DNA from: Sedimentisphaeraceae bacterium JB056
GTDB lineage: Bacteria; Planctomycetota; Phycisphaerae; Sedimentisphaerales; Sedimentisphaeraceae
Reading direction: 5' to 3'
NCBI GenBank assembly: GCA_044440125.1
Contig: JBITAJ010000031.1
Span: forward strand, 1 to 64,000
Length of the DNA: 64,000 nt
A program made the translations under genes and the position numbers. Under the pieces are notes generated by a model. The model was not told the DNA's origin. It was given only the letters and a program-made list of their open reading frames with translations, and searched no databases. Each line of letters begins with the position of its first letter. Position 1 is the stretch's first letter. Positions 9,496-18,616 of this stretch are shown here, in pieces.

Positions 9496-11412
9496 ATGGG
9501 TAAAATCATTGGTATAGACCTTGGTACAACTAACTCAGTAGTAGCCGTGATGGAAGGTTCAAGCCCGAAAGTGCTTGTAAACAGTTCTGGATCACGACTC
9601 ACACCATCTGTAGTTGGTTTTACTGATAAAAACGAAAGACTTGTGGGCCAAATCGCTCGTCACCAGCAGGTAACGAACCCTGAGAATACAGTTTTCTCAG
9701 TAAAGCGTTTCATGGGTCGTAAGCACAAAGAGGTAAGTTCAGAAGAGAAAACTGTGCCGTATAAGATTACCGGCAACGCTGATGACCTCGTTAAGATTGG
9801 TGTAAGAGGTAAAGAATATACTCCACCTGAGATTTCAGCAATGATTCTTCAGGATCTCAAAAAGACTGCTGAAGAATATCTTGGTGAGAAGGTTGATCAG
9901 GCAGTTATTACAGTACCTGCTTATTTCAATGATTCACAGCGTCAGGCAACAAAAGACGCCGGTACAATTGCCGGTCTTAAAGTAGAGCGTATAATTAATG
10001 AGCCTACTGCTGCTGCTCTTGCGTACGGACTTGAGAAGAAAAAAGAAGAAAAAGTCGCTGTATTCGACTTCGGCGGTGGTACATTTGATATATCAATCCT
10101 TGATATCGGCGAAAATGTCGTTGAAGTACTCAGCACAAACGGTGACGGTCATCTCGGTGGTGACGACCTTGATGAAGTACTGATCAACTACATCGCTGAA
10201 GAATTCCGCAAGGAAAACGGTATTGACCTGCGTCAGGATGCAATGGCACATCAGAGACTTAAAGAAGCCGCTGAGAAGGCAAAATGCGAGCTCTCTACAC
10301 AAGTTGAAACTAATATCAACCTGCCGTTTATCACAGCAGATGCAAGCGGACCAAAACACCTTCAGATGAGCATGACAAGAAGCAAATTTGAAGCGTTGGC
10401 TGAAAATGTATTCGAAAAGCTCAAATCGCCTTGCCATCAGGCAATAAAAGATGCCGGTCTTAGCCAGAGCGACATTGCTGAAGTACTGCTTGTAGGTGGT
10501 TCAACCCGCGTACCTAAGGTACAGGAAATAGCAAAAGAGATATTCGGAAAAGATTCAAACAAGAGTATCAACCCTGATGAAGTTGTGGCACTTGGAGCAG
10601 CTATTCAAGGTGCGGTTCTCGCCGGTGACGAAGGCGTCAAAGATATACTTCTTCTCGACGTTACACCACTTTCTCTTGGTGTTGAGACAATGGGCGGCGT
10701 AATGACAAAGCTCATCGAAAAGAATACAACTATTCCTACAAGCAAAAAGGAAGTGTTCTCAACTGCAACAGACAGCCAGACTGCTGTAGATATTCATGTA
10801 TTGCAGGGTGAAAGAGAGTTCGCAAGAGACAACAGAACTCTCGGACGTTTCCAGCTTACTGATATACCTCCGGCTCCAAGAGGCGTTCCTCAGATTGAAG
10901 TATCCTTTGATATTGATGCTAACGGCATCCTGAATGTTAATGCAAAGGACGTGGCAACAGGCAAGCAGCAATCTATTGAGATCAAATCAAGCTCTGGAAT
11001 CAGCGAAGATGAGATTGAAAAAATGAAACGTGATGCCGAAGAGCACGCAGAAGAGGATAAGAAGAAGAAGGAACTGGTAGACCAGAAGAACCAGGCTGAC
11101 CAACTCATCTACTCTACAGAAAAAACCTTGAAGGAGCATGGCGAAAAGGTATCTGCTGAAACACGAAGCAACATCGAAAATGCCATGAATACTTTGAAAG
11201 AAGCTGCTAAAGGCGATGATGCTGATGCTATTAAAAATGCTACAGAAAAACTTGCAGAAGCTTCACAAGAACTCGGTAAGATTCTTTACGAAGAAGCAAG
11301 TAAAGCGCAGCAGGCTCAACAAGAAGCTGGCGGTCAGGCATCTTCAGAACAAGCAGAAGATGATAAAAAAGGCGGAGATGATGTAATCGATGCCGAATTC
11401 GAAGCTAAATAA
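9496..11412 (+). CDS. dnaK: Chaperone DnaK (Hsp70)
   Basis: [59 protein letters not shown]-terminal [17 protein letters not shown]. Confidence 0.98.
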   Translation: MGKIIGIDLGTTNSVVAVMEGSSPKVLVNSSGSRLTPSVVGFTDKNERLVGQIARHQQVTNPENTVFSVKRFMGRKHKEVSSEEKTVPYKITGNADDLVKIGVRGKEYTPPEISAMILQDLKKTAEEYLGEKVDQAVITVPAYFNDSQRQATKDAGTIAGLKVERIINEPTAAALAYGLEKKKEEKVAVFDFGGGTFDISILDIGENVVEVLSTNGDGHLGGDDLDEVLINYIAEEFRKENGIDLRQDAMAHQRLKEAAEKAKCELSTQVETNINLPFITADASGPKHLQMSMTRSKFEALAENVFEKLKSPCHQAIKDAGLSQSDIAEVLLVGGSTRVPKVQEIAKEIFGKDSNKSINPDEVVALGAAIQGAVLAGDEGVKDILLLDVTPLSLGVETMGGVMTKLIEKNTTIPTSKKEVFSTATDSQTAVDIHVLQGEREFARDNRTLGRFQLTDIPPAPRGVPQIEVSFDIDANGILNVNAKDVATGKQQSIEIKSSSGISEDEIEKMKRDAEEHAEEDKKKKELVDQKNQADQLIYSTEKTLKEHGEKVSAETRSNIENAMNTLKEAAKGDDADAIKNATEKLAEASQELGKILYEEASKAQQAQQEAGGQASSEQAEDDKKGGDDVIDAEFEAK

Positions 11413-11436
11413 CCAAATTAGCCTAATTTAACAAAT

Positions 11437-11481
11437 AAAATACCCCTTGGTTCTTTTGCGAGTCAGGGGGTATTCTATTTT
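11437..11481 (+). terminator. Intrinsic terminator after dnaK
   Basis: AATACCCCTTGGTTC-TTTTGC-GAGTCAGGGGGTATT hairpin followed by a T-rich tail, with an A-rich 5' flank. Confidence 0.75.
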
Positions 11482-11510
11482 AGTCAACCCAATAATTTTC
11501 CAATGCACTT

Positions 11511-11655
11511 AAAAAAACAACCGGTAATAAAATTTCACTCTACTAACTTACATAATTAGATTATAAAGTGAAATGATTATAAATAAACCTCTTTCCCAAA
11601 TAACCTCGCTTCAAAGCGGGCGAGCGTCTACCGGTTCAATTCTTTATAGTATCAC
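11511..11655 (-). ncRNA. Candidate structured small RNA
   Basis: Own promoter (TTGCTA-17-TATAGT), closing stem AACCGGTAG/TTACCGGTT, an 11-bp inner hairpin ATTTCACTTTA/TAGAGTGAAAT, a GC-rich arm and a terminal U7 tract. No ORF in the track. Confidence 0.4.
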
Positions 11656-11661
11656 AAGAAT

Positions 11662-11705
11662 ACTATAATACCTTACAAAGAAAATAGCAATAAGGAAATT
11701 CCTGA
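11662..11705 (-). promoter_or_regulatory. sigma70 promoter with adjacent palindromic regulator box
   Basis: Minus strand TCAGGAATTTCCTTA (11705-11691) abutting TTGCTA-17-TATAGT. Confidence 0.5.
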
Positions 11706-11717
11706 TTTAGCGACCAA

Positions 11718-11957
11718 CTAAGATAAACTAAGCTCCGAATCCCACACGTTAGGCGATACAAGGCGTATCGCCTGGGAAGGGCAACATTCTTCCGCATGAT
11801 AGCAGAGTTGCAGGAGATCAGACAATACAAATTCGTGCTTGACTTTCACTACACCGTCAATTGCCTGGGTAAACATCTCAGGACAAATTGTAGTGCATAT
11901 TTCACATCCAAGACATTTTTGCTCGTTTATTTCAATTTTGATTTTTTCCATTACCAT
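11718..11957 (-). CDS. Ferredoxin (single-cluster 4Fe-4S/3Fe-4S type)
   Basis: CLGCEICTTICPEMF…AEECCPSQAI motif. Confidence 0.85.
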   Translation of the reverse strand: MVMEKIKIEINEQKCLGCEICTTICPEMFTQAIDGVVKVKHEFVLSDLLQLCYHAEECCPSQAIRLVSPNVWDSELSLS

Positions 11958-12053
11958 GATAATATAATATTTTAACCAAATCCAAAACCAGATTACATAG
12001 CCTATAACTTATAAAGAAATGCCTTAAAAATATAAAAGCATTATCTTTATTAG

Positions 12054-12129
12054 ATAGTAACATGAAATTGAGTGAAAAAAAATAGGGAAATTCCTTGCTT
12101 AAACACATGTCATATGAGGTAAACCCTAT
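12054..12129 (-). promoter_or_regulatory. Ferredoxin promoter with regulator boxes
   Basis: Minus strand CAAGGAATTTCCCTA (12097-12083) lies 23 nt before the extended -10 TG-T-TACTAT. A second degenerate box ATAGGGTTTACCTCA is at 12129-12115. Confidence 0.5.
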
Positions 12130-12779
12130 ATGTCAGAGGATGTCAAACCTTCCCGAATTGCATATCTGGTCAAATCAGCAATATTGTCAATATTCAGTTT
12201 ATTGAATATCTTTGATCGATGCCCCTCAACTGTTTTAGGACTTATGCAAAGCACCGCAGCAACTTGTCGGGTAGTCTTCCCTTCAGCAAAGAGTTGGGCA
12301 ACCTGCCTCTCACGTCCCGAAAGTACGGCAAAAAGCGTAGCATCATCAAGATGGAGTCCTTTGGTAATAACTTCGATGGTTTCTTCTCCAAGTGACGGCG
12401 TAAGATATATCTCGTTATTAAGAACCAGTCTTATAGCTGATACCAACTCAGAATATTCACAATCCTTCAGAACAAAACCCTTGCAGCCGGCCCTGAACAT
12501 TTCACTTATTATTTTGACTGCTGAATGCATTGAGAGCCCAAGCACCTTTATATCAGGAAAATCCCTGACTATGAGTCGGGTAGCTTCAATACCATTCATA
12601 TTAGGCATGGTAATATCCATCACAACAACATCAGGAGAAAGCTTACGGGCAAGCTCAACAACTTGAGTGCCATCTTCTGCCGCAGCAACAATTTCCATAT
12701 CTTTCTCTGATTTTATAGCCTCGTTGAGGCCATACTGCATAATTTTATGATCATCTGCAAGTAATATTCTTATACTCAA
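12126..12779 (-). CDS. NarL/FixJ-family response regulator (REC + LuxR HTH)
   Basis: ILLADDH, VVMDITMP, GFVLKD, LSGRERQV…ISPKTVEGHR. TTG start at 12779 after GAGGG. Confidence 0.92.
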   Translation of the reverse strand: MSIRILLADDHKIMQYGLNEAIKSEKDMEIVAAAEDGTQVVELARKLSPDVVVMDITMPNMNGIEATRLIVRDFPDIKVLGLSMHSAVKIISEMFRAGCKGFVLKDCEYSELVSAIRLVLNNEIYLTPSLGEETIEVITKGLHLDDATLFAVLSGRERQVAQLFAEGKTTRQVAAVLCISPKTVEGHRSKIFNKLNIDNIADLTRYAIREGLTSSDI

Positions 12780-12789
12780 TTCAATTCCC

Positions 12790-15700
12790 TCAAGATTCGT
12801 TGCAAGGTACACATATAGTAATTTCGGTCCCAACATCAATAGTTGATTTTATCCTCAACTCACCTCCAAGATTATCAAGATTCTCACGAATACTAAACAA
12901 GCCATAGCTCTTGATACTCTCAGTATGGCTATTGAGTTTCTCAACATCGAAACCAACGCCATTATCCTCAATCACCACTTCAATGATATTATCCTTAGAG
13001 TAAATATCCACGTAAACATTCTCTGCCTTAGAGTGCTTTGCTGAATTCAAAAGAAGCTCTCTTATAGAGCGGAAAAGGAATACTTCAATATCTTCAGAGA
13101 TATCATCTGAGAGTTCACAATCTCTCATAGTGCAATTAATTCCATACTCTGATGTGATTTGCTCAGTCACTTCTTCAACAGCTGTTTTGAGTCCAAGAGT
13201 ATACAAAGTTGGAGAACTAAGGTCAAATGTTACTTTCCTTGTCAAATCAATAGACTGCTTTATTATATCCCAGACTTTCCGTATCTTATCCTTCTGAGAC
13301 TCCGGGCTTGAGTCAACAAGAACACCAAGCTCTCTTTTCGAAAATGCAAGAAGCTGACCAACGGAATCATGAAGCTGCACGGCAAACTTACGTCGCTCTC
13401 TTTCTTCTGTAAGTATAAGTTTCTGTGAAAGCAAACGAAGCCGTTTCTGGTTATGAAGGAGCTTATCCTGCGTCATAAGACGTTCAGTAACCTCTTTTTT
13501 AAGCAACTCTACAGTTTTCTGAAGCTGTTTCGTCCTTTGGCGAACTCTGAACTCAAGTTCACTTTTTGCCCTTATCAGTTCGGCTTCAGCATTTTTATAG
13601 TCAGAGATATCACGCCCGTAGATATTTACGTAATTCTCAGAGACAAGAGGTGTTATGGAAAAAAGAAAGAATCGTCCGTCGATTTTCATATCATGATCGG
13701 TAGTTGTGCCTTTTTCGAAAGACCTGACAACAAGATCAAGCCACTGTTGCGGAACATTCTGTTTTTCCTTGAAACCAAAATGCTCAAGGAACATTGCGCT
13801 TGATTCATTAGCGTACAAAAGCTCGCCTTCTCTTGAAATACGCAATACCGGATTGGGATTTTCAGATGGGAAAAGCGCTAAGCTGCGTATTTTTTCAGCG
13901 GATTGTTTAATTTCGGTTACATCCCAAAGCATTTTGAGTTTACAAAGCTCACCATCCAAGGTATCAATATAAGGAACCTCAATAGACTCATATATCTTAC
14001 CAGTCCTTGAATCTCGGTATTCCCAATGAACACTTCGACCTTCTTTTATTTGTTCAAATTTACACCAACTGCAGGGCCTCTCGTTCTCACAAACGTATTC
14101 ATAGCATTTTCTGGAATTTACAGGACCAAACTCTTTCTCCATCGCCGGATTTACATATCTTATGTTGTAATCCTTATCAACAATTGTTATTCCATGAACT
14201 ATCGTACTCAATATCCTCTGCAGTTTCTGCTGCTCATCCCTCAGGCTCTGTTCATATTTCTGTTTTTCTGTAATGTCGAAGGCAATACCTGCTACCATTA
14301 CTTCGCCACTCTGATTTATAAGAGGAAACTTACGAGACAAATAAATTCTCTCTTTACTGCTACCCTTAAAAAGCGTACGGATATTTTCCATTGAAGTCTT
14401 CTGCGATATGATTTGCTCGTCTGTTCTTAATATATCTTCTGCTTCAGACTTTGAGATACCGTCAATAACCATTTCGCCTGTAACGGCTTCCTCTTTTAGC
14501 AAATGTTCACGAGTATATTTATTGGCAAAAAGATATTTATTGTCTTTATTCTTGATATAAGCATAAGCAGGCAAATTATCCATAAATAAAGAGAAACGCT
14601 CTTCACTTTCTTTGAACAACTCTCTTGATTTGCAAGATTTAAATGATATTAGACTTAGCTCACCAAAAGAGCGGACCATTCGCAAATCATTTTTATCAAA
14701 ATCACTTTCCTTGTTCAACAATACTAAAAAACCGTAATTTTCTGCCTCAGTCTTCAATGGAGAAAATATTAAGTTATTTATATTTGACAGATTTGTTTTT
14801 TCATCAATATCATTATCAAAAAAACTTCTCTCAAACAGCTTTAAATCGCCATAACGTTTTTCAAGGAATTCCAATAATAATTTATTTGAGCTAAAAAGCC
14901 GCATCCCCTTACAGAGTGATACACTAAACTTACCAGAATCCTCATCATCAAAAATTATAATATAACCAGATAATGCTTTGCACTGTTTGCGACTGCTTGA
15001 TATTATATCCGCGGCTGTCTTCTCGAAATCATCATTGATTATCATGCTTTTAGTAATATCGAGCAAAGAAGATACTTCAGTAGTCCTAAGTCTGGCTGCG
15101 TTGAGAGCCTTATCCTGAATAATTTGCTTGTTTTTAAGATCCCTGAACATAGTGTCGAAAGGATCTGTTATATAGCTCTTTACAAGGGCAATATAAAGAA
15201 AGGCAAAAGAAAATATCTTGAAGTAGTGTCCTGCAAGATTAATATTTCCGTATGAAGATATATAATTTGTAAAACATATCTCAGATAATATGGCCATAAC
15301 AAGGCTTGCCACTATGGGAAAGAAAACTTTTTGAGGGAATGACTCCTTCTTTAAGTATAGCAGGATAATGCCAAAAAGAAACATAAACGATATTATATAT
15401 TCACTTGTCTTTTTGAAATCAGTAAGCCCAACTCCTTCAACAAAACAACTGGGAAATATCTTCCAACTGAATATAGAAAAGAGAATGAGGGAAGAAACTG
15501 CCGTAAGAACAGAAATCAAAACTGCCGGACTGAATTTACGATTTATTAAAAAGGGAGCGACTAAAAATACTGTAGCCTGAAAATACCTGGCTGATATCCA
15601 TAACTGCGTAGGGATATCGGAATTATCATTTACGATTATCCCCATACCTCTGTAAGATAAGGTATGAAGCATATCGAATGTCCCAAGGAACAAACAGGAG

Positions 15701-15921
15701 AGCCCTATAAAAAGCATATAATTATCTACAGATAATTTTTTACCATTGAGTGCAATAAGAAATATTGCAAAAGCAACCGCTATGCTGAAAAATTCAGTTA
15801 GAGTATGAAAAAGCAAATAATTATGCAAACTTGTAAGATAGAGTCCTACTAATACAGCACACACGCACAATAAACTTGCGCAATCATATCGTGAAAAGTT
15901 CTTTTTTATAATCTTACCCAT
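12790..15921 (-). CDS. Sensor histidine kinase: MASE3 membrane domain, GAF-like, PAS domains, HisKA_3, HATPase
   Basis: NYLLFHTLTEFFSI and FDMLHTLSYRGM (MASE3); EERERRKFAVQLHDSVGQ (HisKA_3 H-box); ELLLNSAKHS, EDNGVGFD, YGLFSIRE. Confidence 0.9.
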   Translation of the reverse strand: MGKIIKKNFSRYDCASLLCVCAVLVGLYLTSLHNYLLFHTLTEFFSIAVAFAIFLIALNGKKLSVDNYMLFIGLSCLFLGTFDMLHTLSYRGMGIIVNDNSDIPTQLWISARYFQATVFLVAPFLINRKFSPAVLISVLTAVSSLILFSIFSWKIFPSCFVEGVGLTDFKKTSEYIISFMFLFGIILLYLKKESFPQKVFFPIVASLVMAILSEICFTNYISSYGNINLAGHYFKIFSFAFLYIALVKSYITDPFDTMFRDLKNKQIIQDKALNAARLRTTEVSSLLDITKSMIINDDFEKTAADIISSSRKQCKALSGYIIIFDDEDSGKFSVSLCKGMRLFSSNKLLLEFLEKRYGDLKLFERSFFDNDIDEKTNLSNINNLIFSPLKTEAENYGFLVLLNKESDFDKNDLRMVRSFGELSLISFKSCKSRELFKESEERFSLFMDNLPAYAYIKNKDNKYLFANKYTREHLLKEEAVTGEMVIDGISKSEAEDILRTDEQIISQKTSMENIRTLFKGSSKERIYLSRKFPLINQSGEVMVAGIAFDITEKQKYEQSLRDEQQKLQRILSTIVHGITIVDKDYNIRYVNPAMEKEFGPVNSRKCYEYVCENERPCSWCKFEQIKEGRSVHWEYRDSRTGKIYESIEVPYIDTLDGELCKLKMLWDVTEIKQSAEKIRSLALFPSENPNPVLRISREGELLYANESSAMFLEHFGFKEKQNVPQQWLDLVVRSFEKGTTTDHDMKIDGRFFLFSITPLVSENYVNIYGRDISDYKNAEAELIRAKSELEFRVRQRTKQLQKTVELLKKEVTERLMTQDKLLHNQKRLRLLSQKLILTEERERRKFAVQLHDSVGQLLAFSKRELGVLVDSSPESQKDKIRKVWDIIKQSIDLTRKVTFDLSSPTLYTLGLKTAVEEVTEQITSEYGINCTMRDCELSDDISEDIEVFLFRSIRELLLNSAKHSKAENVYVDIYSKDNIIEVVIEDNGVGFDVEKLNSHTESIKSYGLFSIRENLDNLGGELRIKSTIDVGTEITICVPCNES

Positions 15922-15953
15922 CTAAAACCTCAAAATCGTTCCCCGCGTTTGGA

Positions 15954-15982
15954 TTATAATAGCAAAACCAGAAATAAACAAG
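15954..15982 (-). promoter_or_regulatory. sigma70-type promoter of the MASE3 kinase operon
   Basis: Minus strand TTGTTT-17-TATAAT upstream of a GAGG RBS. Confidence 0.5.
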
Positions 15983-16143
15983 CAAAAGTTTCTCAATGCT
16001 CCAAATATTGATGTATGTTTTTTTAGTCTTAGTAAAAACGTTCAGTCTTGAGATTTGCTGGTATGGATTTATAGCCAAGGCTTTAGATTATATATCGGCT
16101 GGAACTAAAAAATGAAAGCGGTGAATTTTCAGGAAAAAAATGC

Positions 16144-16224
16144 AAAAAAAAACACAAGCCGTTTAAACGCGTTTGGGCAGGCCGTTGCGACCTGCCCTCG
16201 CGTTTTTTAAGGAGGCTTTGTGTT
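16144..16224 (-). terminator. Long hairpin and U-tract downstream of tRNA-Leu
   Basis: AACACAAAGCC…GGCTTGTGTT outer stem, inner GGGCAGGTC-GCAAC-GGCCTGCCC, followed by a poly-U run on the minus strand. Confidence 0.65.
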
Positions 16225-16256
16225 GGTTGTTGTTTTGTGTTTTTTTAAGGAGAAAA

Positions 16257-16341
16257 TGCGGATGAGAGGATTCGAACCTCCACGAGCTTAATGCTCACTA
16301 GCACCTGAAGCTAGCGCGTCTGCCAGTTCCGCCACATCCGC
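16257..16341 (-). tRNA. tRNA-Leu(CAG)
   Basis: GCGGATG acceptor stem, D-arm GGCGGAACTGGCAGACGC, anticodon arm CTAGC-TTCAGGT-GCTAG, long variable arm, T-loop GGTTCGAATCC. CCA not encoded. Confidence 0.97.
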
Positions 16342-16357
16342 GAGCGGAGAGTGACAG

Positions 16358-16385
16358 ATAATACGTTTTTTCGTTTTTCTGTCAA
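16358..16385 (-). promoter_or_regulatory. tRNA promoter
   Basis: Minus strand TTGACA-16-TATTAT; a 16-nt spacer is typical of stable-RNA promoters. Confidence 0.65.
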
Positions 16386-16611
16386 CATCTTTTTCAGAAT
16401 TTTCAAGATTTTGTTTATCTCTTAAAAGCTCTGAATCACTGGCTTCAATGTAATATACGGGGGTTCCTAATTCTTGTTCATGAATTTTATAAAAAATATC
16501 TCAAAAAAAGTAAAACCCCATAAATAACCATCCTCAAAGGCAATCACTTAAAACCCTAAAATATTATTAAAAAAGAACTTACAAAATAAGAACAAAAAGT
16601 AATAATTAGTC

Positions 16612-17361
16612 TTAACTTTTCCGATTTTTTACGATTTTATCGTAAGCCTCATTAATTTTTGCCATTTTTTCATTTGCAAGTTTTATAAATTCCTCAGGCA
16701 ATCCCTTGGATGCGAGATGGTCTGGATGGTTTTCTTTGCATTTCTTTCTGTAAGCTGTCTTTATTTGAGCATCTGTCATTTCAGGAGAACATTCAAGAAG
16801 CTCATAGCATTTCTTCAAATCATCAACACCCTCACCAATCAGGGCATCGACAGTTCCAGGCCTAAGACGGAATACACCTTCTGCTTTTCTTAATATAACA
16901 GCCTCAGCAGGATGCAATCTCCCATCTGCCATAGCTATTTTATGCAAAATATATACAAAACTGAGACACAACTCATGGTCATAGTTGACACACTTGGCAA
17001 GCTGATCTAAATAACGGCTAACATCAACATCATCATCTTTAGCCTTATCAAAAATTGAAATAGCAAACTGCCTTGTCCGCTGATCAAGTCTGAGATTTTG
17101 AACCATAAAATTTTCTATGGCTTCTATCTCACGTTTATCAACTACGCCGTCAGCTTTAGCCATTTTGGCCATGCAAGAGAATACTGCAGTAAAGTATATA
17201 AGCTGTTTATGCTGATTAGGAGTCGGTATAGAGCTGCCTACTACACTTTTATGTTCTTTATCAAATACATTATGTCCAAGAACAGCCCCAAGTATAGCAC
17301 CAATAGGACCAGCAAACTGAAAACCAACAAAGCCGCCTATTAATTTACCAAGTAATGCCAT
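16612..17361 (-). CDS. djlA: DjlA-like co-chaperone (TM + TerB-like + C-terminal J-domain)
   Basis: GKLIGGFVG…GAILGAVLGH, AKMAKADG, IAMADG, AYRKKCKENHPD (HPD), KINEAY. Confidence 0.88.
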   Translation of the reverse strand: MALLGKLIGGFVGFQFAGPIGAILGAVLGHNVFDKEHKSVVGSSIPTPNQHKQLIYFTAVFSCMAKMAKADGVVDKREIEAIENFMVQNLRLDQRTRQFAISIFDKAKDDDVDVSRYLDQLAKCVNYDHELCLSFVYILHKIAMADGRLHPAEAVILRKAEGVFRLRPGTVDALIGEGVDDLKKCYELLECSPEMTDAQIKTAYRKKCKENHPDHLASKGLPEEFIKLANEKMAKINEAYDKIVKNRKS

Positions 17362-17414
17362 TAGAATTCAAACTTTCATTATTTGTATTGATGCGCACTA
17401 AAACCATTGAACAA

Positions 17415-18566
17415 TCAGCTTCGTTTAGCACCGCGAAGCCCGTCCATTTTAAGAAACCCTTTTTTCCATATGATAAATCCGGAAACAATGAACACAAGTA
17501 TGTAAACAACAAGAGCATACCGCGTTGATATCTGGCTCATAAGCAATCCTATCACGGCATAAACCGCCGTTAGCAAATAGCAAATCGTAACTGTTTTCCT
17601 AAGCCCCATCCCCCTGTCCATCATCTGGTCATATATATGACCGCGATCGGACTGCATCAGAGGCATGCCATTGAGTTTGCGACGTACAAGCGCTGTAGCG
17701 GTATCAAGTATGGGAAGACCAAAAACAACTATAGAAGCCATCCACCAGCGTGGAATCGCTTCGCCGTAAAGTATCATAAGAGAAGCAATTACAAAACCAA
17801 GCAGCAAGCTTCCCGCGTCCCCCATAAATATCTTTGCAGGGTGCCTGTTAAACGGTAAGAATCCAAATACGCCGCCTACCAAGCACAAACACAGGATAAT
17901 CCTCACCGGATCACCTGTTTCACTGGTATTCCAGGTTGCAAGATGGGCAGCAAGCAGAAGCATTGCTATAGCAATTATGGCTGTAACACCACCGCAAAGA
18001 CCATCAAGACCATCAAGTAAATTAAGTGAGTTTGTCGCTCCAAGAACAAATACGACAATTACAAAAAAACTAAGTACCTGACTTATCCCAGCAGGCAGAG
18101 ACAGCCCTACCGTATGCATAGTAAAATAAGAAAGACACGGACTTATCCCGGCAACCACAATCGCCATTGCCGCAACAAACTGTCCCAGAAGTTTCTGCCA
18201 TGGCTTGATATCAAGCAGATCATCAACTACACCGACAACACAAGCTATAACACTACCGGCAAGTACGCCAAGCAGCCATTTCACAGACTCAAAAGGAGCC
18301 CCCTGCTTAGTAAGCATCATAATGCCCGCTAACACACCTGCACCAAAACCAAAAAGAATACCAATTCCACCAAGATATGCCACTGGCTCTTTATGGGTTT
18401 TGACAGTATTATCCGGTTTATCCGTTATTCCGAATTTTATCGCAATTTTTTTGCACAAAAATGTAGCCAAAAGACCGGTAACAACAGCGGTCACTAAGAC
18501 TGGCCAAAAATTCAAGACCCAAAATATAGATTTTTCTTTGCCTATAACAGAATCAATTATATTCAT
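17415..18566 (-). CDS. Glycosyltransferase family 4 (WecA/TagO/MraY-like polyprenyl-phosphate HexNAc-1-P transferase)
   Basis: YLGGIGI, GVVDD, NSLNLLDGLDGL, FNRHPAKIFMGDAGS, PILDT, DRGHIY. Start at ATG 18566. Confidence 0.9.
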   Translation of the reverse strand: MNIIDSVIGKEKSIFWVLNFWPVLVTAVVTGLLATFLCKKIAIKFGITDKPDNTVKTHKEPVAYLGGIGILFGFGAGVLAGIMMLTKQGAPFESVKWLLGVLAGSVIACVVGVVDDLLDIKPWQKLLGQFVAAMAIVVAGISPCLSYFTMHTVGLSLPAGISQVLSFFVIVVFVLGATNSLNLLDGLDGLCGGVTAIIAIAMLLLAAHLATWNTSETGDPVRIILCLCLVGGVFGFLPFNRHPAKIFMGDAGSLLLGFVIASLMILYGEAIPRWWMASIVVFGLPILDTATALVRRKLNGMPLMQSDRGHIYDQMMDRGMGLRKTVTICYLLTAVYAVIGLLMSQISTRYALVVYILVFIVSGFIIWKKGFLKMDGLRGAKRS

Positions 18567-18616
18567 ATGCAACCCCGTATCTATTTTTCTCAAACATACA
18601 CATTTCAATCACAACC

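Noticed and set aside
11511..11655. CsrB/RsmZ-type sRNA identity for the candidate RNA
   Set aside because: It lacks multiple GGA loop motifs (only one GGA seen).
16165..16205. SRP (4.5S) RNA
   Set aside because: The GC hairpin lacks the conserved CAGG-GNRA-AGCAG internal-loop motif; it is better explained as the tRNA terminator.
11480..16256. Genomic island integrated at the tRNA-Leu 3' end
   Set aside because: The region looks AT-rich and lies downstream of the tRNA, but I found no integrase and no convincing duplicate of the tRNA 3' end. The weak resemblance near 11457 is the dnaK terminator.
16246..16291. AAGGAG plus ATG mini-ORF on the + strand
   Set aside because: It is antisense to the tRNA and the sequence is constrained by tRNA structure.
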